10,998 bases of DNA from Alphaproteobacteria bacterium (lineage in GTDB: Bacteria; Pseudomonadota; Alphaproteobacteria; UBA8317), in contig JAYPQH010000043.1 in NCBI GenBank assembly GCA_038131935.1, positions 1 through 10,998 on the forward strand, written 5' to 3'. Shown here piece by piece: positions 1 to 10,900 of the stretch (the stretch's first letter is position 1; each line of letters begins with the position of its first letter). A program made the position numbers and the translations under genes. The notes under the pieces were generated by a model. It was not told where the DNA came from. It was given only the letters and a program-made list of their open reading frames with translations, and made no database searches.

Positions 1-1970
1 AGTTGGTCTGTCGTTGGGGCACCATCTCCTGTCAGATAATGATCCACAGCTGTTCCAAGCGTGATTGTTCCCGCTGATGTCATTGTAACATCACCAAGTA
101 TTCGTGCAGAGTCATCCACCAGAATACTGCCTGGTGTTGCCGTTACGTCTCCCGCAATCGTGGTTGTGTTTCCTGAACCACGGAAGGTAAGGTCTGGGGC
201 TGTTAGATCACCACCAACATAGATTTCTCCACCTATGCCATCTGCATTAAGTACAGTATTATCTTTGAAGGAAATGGTGTTGTCTCTATTTTCTGAGAGT
301 AGCCAAATACCATTGGCACCAGCAGCCTGACCAATCTGGACTGTATCAAACCCACCTTGGATATTACTCAGCTCGTCACGATTGATATGTAAAGACGTTG
401 TCGGGTCAACTTTATTATCTTGAATGGGAGCGATGTTCCCAGCAATATCACCAATGATCATGGCATTATCAGGAATACGGCCTCTTACCGTCAGATTTGC
501 CCCTGATGAGCGCAATGTTCCGCGTAAATCGATATCATCTGCTACAATTTCTAAGTCCTCACCACCAGCGTCGATATTCGATTTGATGGTTTGGGTGCCT
601 CCTAAATTGATAACTTTTGTATCACCACCCCTGTCGGTTTGACCATCTGCATCACCTACCGTCACAGAGCCCGCAGAAATAAGACGAATAGCTTCTGCAT
701 CTTGGCTATTTAGCTTCAACCTATCTATACCATCGCGCATATTATCTGCCACGACAAATAAAGATTTTGGGCTCACCGTGAAGTTATCCACCTGCTCACC
801 CACGCTTCCTTTTGCGAGGAATGTAAGGCTGCCCTCATCAGTTCTTATGAAAGAACCACCTGCTGTTCGAAGAACATCGCCATTATTGAGACCATTATAG
901 GCTGACGTCAGTCCTGCCACCACAACTTCACCCGTGGCAGCATTAGCGAAGTAATAACCATTGACCAACAAATATTCTAATACGTTGTTGTATGACGTTC
1001 CATCATGCAACCACTTTGAACCACTGACAGATGTTACAAGGTTGCCACCGAGAGCATTAAGGGTAATGTCACCTTGTCCAGAAACCTGGATACCTGTGTC
1101 AACAAGAATACTCTGCTCTGTTCCCGCAAAAACGCCTTCAGCTGTTAAATGGACAAACCCATTAGCCGCCCGAATTGATGGATCATCGGCGGTTGACGAG
1201 AGGCTTATCGCACCTGCACCAGCATATAGAGTAATATTCCCTGAGCTTGTTTCAACACCCCGACCATCGACGATGATATCTCCGTTTAATGTTTCAAGAG
1301 ATACGTCTGCATTCGCTGCCTGTTGGTCAATCCGTGTGATGGTCACATCATCAAATTCAACAATATTGATGTCACCAGTTCCCGTATTGGTGATGTCTAA
1401 AGCGGCTACTCTGGTTTCAATGGCATTGGATGCCCCAATACCACCAGCTGCAGAAATCACCAAAGTTGCAGAACGGGCATCAATATCTAAGTCTGAATCA
1501 CCCCCGTCAATCACAGCACCAGACGAAATCGTCACATTTCCAGTGGAAAGAGACGCCAAAGATCCAAGTGTAACAGATCCACCTGCGTTGAGTGAGAAGG
1601 CTCCGGAACCCGCATTGAGGCGTGCCCCATCTTCCATGAATAACGCGCCCGCACTCGTCAGCGAGGTAACCCCATTATCGCTCACAATATCGCCTGCGGC
1701 AGCCAGCGATATTCCAGCACCCGCAGCCAGTGTCACCGCACCATCTGCGCTTGTCACCCTCTGATTGACAACAATATTTCCACCTGCATTCAATGTTAAT
1801 GCATTACCTGCAGTCGTTGTGAGGCGTGCGTTGATAATCAAATCATCATCAACCTCAATATCAATAATTCCAGAGGAATTCTGCGTGTATTGCTCGATAA
1901 TGACACCGGTATCGTCATTAACTTGCAAAGCCCCGGCTACTGTAACATCAAGAGTGACAAAGCCACACCA
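1..1970 (-). CDS. Segment 4 of the giant protein (~656 codons, 3'-partial, absent from ORF track)
   Basis: Manual translation shows no stop from 1970 to the window edge: TLDVTVAGALQVNDDTGVII...AVIDGGDSDLDIDA...GIGASNAIETRVAALD...LHINRDELSNIQGGFDTVQIG...DGIGGEIYVGGDLTAPDLTFRGSGNTTTIAGDV...TLGTAVDHYLTGDGAPTTDQ. Confidence 0.9.
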
Positions 1971-4900
1971 TTATCACCAGGTGTTCCCAATGACACGTTC
2001 CCGCGGATCAACCACGAACGCTGCATCTGATGTATAACCTGACATTTTGCCCACGGTCACAGAACCACCTGTGGACACAAGTCGTACCCGACCTACGTCT
2101 CCAACAATGTTGTTGATGGTGAGGTCACCAGCAACCCGGATATCAACATCCCCCATTGGAGATAAGGTTCGAATAACAGATCTCAGCTTGAGGTCGGCTC
2201 AAGGGTAAAATCACCCTGATGTAATGGTTGCTGATAAACGGTCCACATCAGTCGTGAGTGACAGGGTTTTTCCAGAGGACACCACTGCATTATTGGCTGT
2301 AAGTGTACCACCTAATGTTAATCCTCCTGCAGCAGTAAGTTCGACAGAGCCACCACCAACCCCATTCCCAACATTCAATGGCGCAACAAGAACCAAATCA
2401 CCCTTAGTCCCTACTGCTGTACCTGATGCTTCCATCCGGATTGTTTCTCCACCGCCCACGGGCAGTCGAACAACTGTAAGAGAACCGGTAGCTCTTGCAA
2501 GATATTGATCCCCTGGATCAGTATTTAGAATTACAACCTTATCACCTGTGTAATCCAAATAGGCCGCATCAGCATTTTTATTTTCTGCATTGCCTGACAA
2601 AGTTAGAGAGGTGTTGGTGGTATCATGGGTAACCTGCACAGCATTACCGACAACCGTTGCCGTTACCGTCGCACCATATTCCGTATTTATCGCGGCACTT
2701 AAGGCATTCAACAACCCTGCTCTATTATTTTGATAGGTTGCGCCATCAACATTAATTGTTTGGGCATCAACATCAATACTGAAGTTATACTGGTTGAGAT
2801 CTGCATCTGCTACTGAGTCAAATGCAATGGTCTGAACTGCAGCCCGCGATGTACCAGCCGCGGTGGTCACGGTAGCTGTTCCATTTGATGTTGTCTCTGT
2901 CAGCTTATCGATGGATGCTGATACCACAAAAGGATCGTTTGCTGCAGCAGCAGTTAAACTCAACGTCTTGGTTGTACCATTTGAAGTGACGCGGTCTGTT
3001 CCAAAAAGATTGGCACCATTGGAGCCACCAATCGTATTATCTGCTTTGATTGAAGCCTCCAACTCTCCCAAAGCTGTCGCCCAACCATTTGCATCTGTCC
3101 AGTTTGCGTCACCAGGAATACTGGTAGAGGTAAACACATAATCCGTACCATTATAGTTAATGGTGACGGTAATACGGTAACGATAATTGTCAAAATCAAT
3201 ATCACTCGTGGTCACGGTACCATCCGCATCGGTTTGTACCGTTTGACCAGAGAATATGAAATCTGTCTGTTGCGCAACTTGCACCCCAGCAAACACCATT
3301 GTTTCCTGCTGAGGTTTGCTTGCAAGATCCATAACTTGTGCGCCAACCTCAAGTGCAACATCCTCGGCAATGGTCAATTTTACATCATTACTGTCATTTG
3401 TGGCTGTAACCACTGCACCCCGGTCAATGTTGATCATAGAGACAAGACCGTCTGTTAAGTCCTCTTGATCAGAGACCTCAAAATAAAGGCTATCAGAGGT
3501 AGCACTGATATCGCTACTGTTTGTTAATGCTGCAGCCAAATCCACAAGCAATGTCTGTAAGGAATTGGCAGCGGTCGGGTCCATTGTCACATTAACAGAA
3601 GATGTTCCAACGGTGATTTGATAATCGACAGAACCAATTTGTTTATCACTAAGTGATGCAAGTTCGTGCAAATAAACAAAAACAGTATCTTCATTGCTTG
3701 GTGTGCCACGCTTATTGTGTTCACCCATAGAAATCTTTGCCACAGCTGACCGAACAGCTGAGAGATAGTCTTCCTCATAGTTGGCATAATTCACATCGTC
3801 AGCTTCAGCCACTGAATTTGGTAAGACTTGCAGATCAAATGTTTCAAGGGCCAAACCATGTACAGCCAACAAAGCATTCACGCCTTTTTGCGCACGGTAG
3901 CCCTGCGTATCACCAGCTTTCGCGGGCTCATCAACAAATATCCCAAAGCCCTCGTTATTTTGAAGGTCGGTCATGGCAATGACGTAACTGTCAGGGTGTG
4001 TTCGACCACCTGTTGTTGCGCTGGTGACAGTTGAAAAATCTTCAGCTTGGGCCACCACTGAAAAGTCTGACACCGAGAAATGTGTATTTATGTCATCATG
4101 ACTGATATCTATAATTGTGCGGACTTTAAAATCATTCGCAAAAGTCGAAGTCCCTGAACCATCAGTCACCACAAAGGCTAAATCCTTTGCAAATTCGGAC
4201 TCATCAACAAACACCTGATTGTTATCAAACGTAAGATTACATCCAACGCTGCGATATTTTCAAGTTGTGTGGAAAGGGTGGTTACGACTGATCCTGTAAT
4301 TGCATAGACAGTATTATTAGCCACCGCCGTAATCGACAACGTTCCATTACCACTGTCCACAGTGACATCAAAGTCACCTGTTGCTTCTATAGAATCTTCC
4401 AACTGTCCCAATAGGTCTGCGACGCTATCTAAACCACTACCAGTATCCGTTGCTGTTGCCTCATAAACGTTATCATCAATGATGATCGAAAATGTTGTAC
4501 CTGCCTCATAAACTGTAGAAAGCGTTACAACAGAAGTTTGTGGACTATTCGCCGTGGCTGCAGTGGTTGCAACAGTTCCCTCAACAGTCTCCGGATCGAT
4601 AGTGAAAAGAGCGACCCCTCCTAATGTCAACGCAATGGATTCTCCTGCCACCAGCGCCACTTGTGAAAAATCAAGCATCTTTGATTTCACGAGAGACGTC
4701 GCTTGGGAAAACGCATCTGGTCGATCTAATTTTATCAATTGCTCGAACATGTCTAAGGTATCAGATGAAACATCAACGCCATCGGCAAAATTCAGAGCCA
4801 CCGCGGTATCAACCAAGCCGTTCGTAAGCTCCGCCACCATTTTAACAGCAAACTCTGCGCGCGTATCATAATCATCTGAGCCCGCATCAATAGAGAAACT

Positions 4901-7900
4901 GTTGCCCCCATTGCTAATGGTGATCAGTCCCTCATAGCCTCCTGTCGTTTCAACATTCAGGTCCGCTATAGAAATGAGATATCCATTGGCTAAAGTTGTC
5001 GTAGGGATTGATGATGTAACACTTACCTCACCGAATGCATCAAAGCTTGAAGCATCTCCATCAGTTTGCTCGATTGTTAGTTGATCACTGTCAGCATCAT
5101 AAGACGATGCGTAGGTTTCACCAGCACTTGGTGTTGGACCAAAGGCTGTCGCTAGAGCCGCACCTAAATCATCAAGATCTGTACTGGTTGCCACAATATC
5201 AACTTGGTACCCACCAAAATCAAAACTATAGGTTGCGCCAGCCACGATGGATGTTACCATGGAAAGATCAATACCCCAGCGATACTCTGGAACAACAGAG
5301 TGTGTTGGAGCAGCAATGGTATCCCCTTCTAGCGCATAATCAAAATGATCATCACCAAAATCAGTACTGGTTGCATCACGGGTCAAACGCAATTCATGTG
5401 ACGCATTGTCATAAGATAATGAGAAACCCGCGGCAACCGTAGCATTCTGAACCAATGCTGCTCCCAATGCATCCACATCAGCAAGGGTTACCGATGCAGA
5501 CGTATAAGATATAATTTCATTACCATCTGGTCCGAGCTGCACTTGATATGTTTGGTTTGAGGGTAAGGTCATGGTTGGATCAAGTGCAATCACTTTAACC
5601 ATATCGCTAGTCGATGAAAGCTCATAGGTCGTTGTGAGATCCCCAGCTTGGGCACCTGTTACATAGATTTCATAGGGCTCAGAGGACGCTGCATAATACC
5701 GAACACCATCAATTACCGCAGTCAGCAATTCCGATGGCCCACTCAGCACATTATCCCCTTCAAGATATAGCCTCGTTGTTTGGGTTGCATCCTCTCCAGC
5801 AGCAACAACAGGAACCACTCCAGAATTTGTGAATATGCCTGGCAAAGTTTCTGTATCAAAAGACACAACCTCAACACTCGCCGTAAAAGATGTGTTCGCG
5901 GCTACTGCCGTAATGGTCATGGATGGGGCAGCTGCATCAATAGCAACTGTGTAATGACCATCATCTGTACCATCTTGGTTTACGTCGATGATAGATGCCG
6001 CCAAATCACTCAAAATCACATCCAAAGTTTCCCCTAGTGCGACCGTGCGGGTATGAAGATCACCTTCTACGGTGACCCTAAACTCACTACCAATATCAAA
6101 ACTTGATGGAATAGATAAAACTGTTACTTGGTTTACGTCCTCGCCTGGCGCTGCTACCTCTGTCACCGTTCCAGAGACAGATACACCACCAGTAAGTCTC
6201 TGGGCTGCCACGGTAAGGGTTGAATTGTCTTGATCAGGAATAGATACGCCATTGACGACCCTATTGGTATCAAATTGGCGAATTTCTATATTAAGTTTAT
6301 CTCCGCTGCCGTCTTGATCACCTGGTGAAACGAGAGACGTAAATCCATTGAAGGCCGCACCCGGTGTTTTGATATCAATTTGGTAACCCACAACATCTGC
6401 TCCGCGCAGCAGATCATCGTCACGGCTTGTCACATCTAATGGTGTTGGATCTTTGTACTCTGAGATCGTTCCCAACGTATCAATAGTGATTACGCCACCA
6501 GTTTTTTCTGTTCCCACAGACGTTCCAGCTTCAATACGATCAATTTGAAGATTACCTGATATTTCTAGGTTGATATTATCCCCGTCAGCCGTGTTGGCAA
6601 TGTCATGAATGATGGTATCACCGCCTGTTGCCAAGCGGATGGTACCATCTGCAGCTTTGATACTATTAACAATCAATGCGTCAGCTTCATTAATATCAAT
6701 ATTACCTGTTCCAGCAACATCAACAGAGAGGTAATCCGCCAGCGTATTGGCTTGAACTTCCCCTTGCGACGTAATCGAAAGCTCTGTTGCCACAAAGACT
6801 GAGGCACCATCTGATGCAACACCGTCCGCACGAACCACAAGGTTTTCGGTGGCCGCAACGATACCGCCTTGTAATGTGAGATTGCCTCCTACAGTTAACT
6901 CGACATCTCCGGTGTAATCAAAACCTGCCACACCACCAACAAAACCATTCAGCAACAAATCATTCGTTGTCACGACTTCTACGGATTTGCCAGCACGGAG
7001 TTCAAATCGGTCCGCTTCAAATTTGGCAATATTGAGTGAAAGCGCGCCAGTGCGGTCGACGACTTTATGGGTCGCTGACACTTGACCACCAACAAATGTA
7101 TCGCTCTCATCTGCTGCTAATAACCGTTCAATGGTAAGGATATTGGTTGCAGAATCATAATGAACATCATGCTTAGCATCACCTGCAAACACGATACTGG
7201 CAAAATTAGCCCCTAATGTATCCACCACATCCGCAGCAGCAACAGTGTAGGGGATCACAACCGTAAAGCGATCATCCTCAGCTGCATCTACTTGAGCATC
7301 GTCAGCAATTACCAATGTGTAAGCTTCACCTGCATTGGCAGCAATATCTGAAACATCAATGGTAAGCGTATCGGTAACAGCTCTATCTGTCACTTGGGTA
7401 CTAAGGTTAACCGACTTACTATATCCAAACGAAGATGCACTCCCCGCAAGAGCAACCCCACCCAGAGATATGTCTCGGGTTATGGTTAGGATGGATGTTT
7501 CTGCCGTTACATCGATGTCTGCACGAGCATTAAATAGCCCCGATGCATTATCGGCAAATACAGTTGCAAGAGATGCAAAGCTATCTGTCACAGAAGCGGT
7601 GGTGCTAACGCTCTCTGCGCCGACTTGAATTGTGTAAACACCACCTTCAACGAGACCACCTAATTCTGATAAATCAATTTGATAGGTCTCTACCCCATCA
7701 GCAGTGGCTTCACTAGCGGTCAGTGTTTTGCTGGCTGTGATGGTGGCTGCTTCCCCTACCAATGCCGTTTCACCCACCACCATGGTACGATTCAAGATAA
7801 CGCGACTTTGACTTGCACTGGCAGCCGTTTGCGCCGATGATGAGAACAAACCCGTGGCTCCATCCGCAAATGCCGTGGCCAAAGATGTTAATGTGTCCCC

Positions 7901-10900
7901 GGATGTAGATGTCTTTGTTACACTTTGCCCATCAATAGACAGGGTAAAGTCAACATCATCAGCCAGTGCGACTAGGTCAACAAGGTCCACCCGAGCCGTT
8001 TGCACCTCATCTTGCGTTGTGGTGTTCACCGCTGTGGTTATAGCTCCCACATTATTGGCGATCACGGCCACATCCATCGTAACTGTTACCGCTTCAAGTG
8101 CGTTATAAGTACCAACATTGCTGATTGTGCGCGTGATGGTCACAACATCACCAACCCTCGTGACCGTGTCAGCAGAGGCACCAGCTGGTAGCGCACCTAA
8201 ATAATCAGCACCAGATGTATAATTTGTTACGAATTGTGTGGCGAGCTCCGTTGTTGTTTCTGCCCCAGCAACGAAATTAATGACGCTTGAGGCGGTTGAG
8301 GAACTTGTCAAACCACGCTCAACATTTAACGTATAAGCCTGTCCCAATTTGACTTCGGACAATGATCCAAAATCAATTGTTAACTTCTCATAATCATTGG
8401 TGGCATCACCATCATTGCTCATTTCTGTAATTAAAGAGCTCGTTAGAAACTCTGTATCAGCCCCCCTAACGACTTGGTTTTCTCCGGTAGCAGCAATTTT
8501 GATTTCATCAATCTTTTCTGCGCCACCATCACGATGACCAATGGTACCTGCAATCAACAGATCCTGCCCAGAACTTAAATCAAGCAAGGTGCGTGCCTTG
8601 ATGTCAATCGAAGGTGCAGCATTTGGATCTGCGGTAAGGGCACCAAATCCTAATGTACTACCTGTGTGCAAAATCAGCTTATCTGATGCCAATGTAGCTG
8701 GCATTTGTGATGTTTTGGTTGTTGTTCCAAATATCCAACGATTACCTGCGCGGTATTCTGTCAAGTCATCTCCAATAATGACTTCAGGCATGGTAATTGT
8801 ATCGGCAGCAACAACACGAATACTCGTTGTGTCATCACCAGAATTAATCAGTTCAAGTGGTGTGATGGCATCGGTTGTGTCATCAACAACTTCTACATTA
8901 GCACCAGTTGATTCAAGCGATATAGCATTGGCCTTGACCGTGCCTGTAAGAACTTCGTCAGGAAAGGTTACCCGCTTGTTCACGTCCTTTCTTGAAAGCA
9001 ACAACGTACCTTCTGACTGAATGCCGAGTGATTTATCGTCGTCCAAAACAGCATTGAGCACTGTTAAACCACGGGTAAGTTCAACATCACTGTCCACATC
9101 AGTTATGAAGGCATCTCCACCTGTCACGGAGAGATTTAGATTATTCACCGCTGTCTCAATGCTATCAACATTGCCGGATGCAACAACAGTCAAATTGCCA
9201 GCTATGACATCCACTGATGCCTCTTCACCGTCAACAAGCTCGTCATCATCATAATCAAGGATATGCCTTCCTGATTGAAGGGATAAGGTTGTCTGTATGG
9301 TCGCCCGTGTCTGGCCAGCGGCAAGATCGCCTGAATCTAGCCATTCTCCAACAAGAAGACGGTCTATTTCCATGTCACCGGAACTTGTTACCGACCAGTT
9401 CTGCGTGGCTGCGGTTTTCAATGTAAGCAGTAAAATCTGCAAATCACCATCGGCATCAATGATCACATCACCATTGGTAACTTGTGATTTAAATGTTGGA
9501 TTAACTGAACCCTCTGGTGTGAACGCATCAATGGTCAAACGCTTGGCTTGGTATCCGGTTGGAGCTGTTTGTTGGATATCGACATCCCCAGCCCCATCTG
9601 TATCCAGTGATAATTTCTGTGCATGGAGATTAAGATCCAAAATAGACGCCTGGTCACCTATTGCTAAGCGGCCTGCCTTCGCAAAAACATGATCAGCCAC
9701 AACCAAACCACCGGCTGCTGCCCTGATGGCACCCGTGGACGATAGGGTTACATCACCACGACCATTTGAGAATTGTTCTGTGTAGTTTGTATACCCATCT
9801 GTAATATCGACATCATTAACCGCAGCTGCCAGTTCACTTCCAAAGATGTTCAAATCATTGCTAGAAGCCGTAAAAGAAACCGTCTTATCACCATATGTCA
9901 GGACGTAATTTTGTCCTGCATTTATCGTCCCTAATCCGGTAAGGTCATAGGCTGCATCTTCATTTGCAGCATCTGCGTCGAGAAGAGTAACATTACGTGA
10001 CGCTACAGCTGTCGTAAAGCCAAGATCCTGACCGTCTAAATTCTCTAAAACAAATGTTCCACCGGTTGTATATTGGTCTACCACACCATCCCAATGGATT
10101 GCTGCTGCCAATTCTGCACCAAAGATATCCAAATCTGTTGAGGAGGCCCGGAAGGAAACATTCTCAGAACCGAAAGAAAAATTGTAGACTTCGCCAGCTG
10201 TGATAGCTCCAAGAGAGGTCAAGTCATAGGATGCTATAGAGGCGGCTGCATTCGCGTCTACCAGACTAACTTGGTTGGTGATATTCAGCTCTGTAAATCC
10301 AAGATCTGTGCTGTCGTTTTTAGACAAACTCAGCACGCCACCACTGCCCGTCACACCTGTTGTAATGTTGCCGTAGGTCAAGGTTTCTGAGGGTGCAACT
10401 TGGCCACTTCCCCCACCAGTTGCCGCAATCATAAGGGAAATATCATTGCGATCACTGGTACCCAACGCCGTAGCCTCAGAAACGGTGAGAGCTCCGCCAG
10501 CGGTGATATTCAACTCGCCATCGGTCAGGCGCACCGAATTCACGACAAGATCATCTTTATCCATGATAACAATGTTACCAGCCTGGGTAAGGTCAGCATC
10601 AATCAAAACATCAATATCAAGATGCTGAAGATCGACAGACTTTCCAGCTTGTACAATAAGACCATGAGCGGCCAAACTTGGCACTGCAACCGTGCTGTCA
10701 GGCATGGTGTAAGCAACACTCCCAACAGATCCGCTCAAGGCCGTGAAACTCATCTCACCAGCAGCATCAAGCACCGTATAAACACCACCACGCAATAAGA
10801 TATCACCCTTGGCTCCGCCTGCGAGGAAACTCAATGATTGATCTGCTGTGATGCGTGCAGGTTCTGTGATGATAATATCCCCAAAACCAGACAACTCGTT

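Noticed and set aside
1971-2213. Alternative genetic code or TGA readthrough (three in-frame TGA codons)
   Set aside because: A TAA directly follows the third TGA, no in-frame TGA occurs in the other ~3,500 codons, and the peptides around the stops are atypical while shifted frames give consensus-like sequence.
2187-2217. Short hairpins near the 2211 stop as a terminator
   Set aside because: The stems are only 5-6 bp, there is no properly placed U-tract, and the region is degraded coding sequence.
4178-4260. Programmed -1 ribosomal frameshift or phase-variable tract
   Set aside because: There is no X XXY YYZ heptamer, long homopolymer or short tandem repeat in the overlap interval.
2960-6858. 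Small alternative-frame minus-strand ORFs (2960..3205, 3587..3787, 6673..6858)
   Set aside because: They are nested out of frame within the giant CDS, short, and lack coding features.
9752-9760. RGD integrin-binding motif (NGRGDVTL)
   Set aside because: xGDVTL is the ordinary beta-helix turn in this protein, so a single RGD is expected by chance.
424-10798. Numerous plus-strand ORFs (e.g. 961..1764, 8541..9020, 9297..9692)
   Set aside because: They are antisense shadows of the giant gene. Most sit in one fixed register relative to the coding frame and give Ser/Pro/Val/Thr-rich translations with no recognisable family features.
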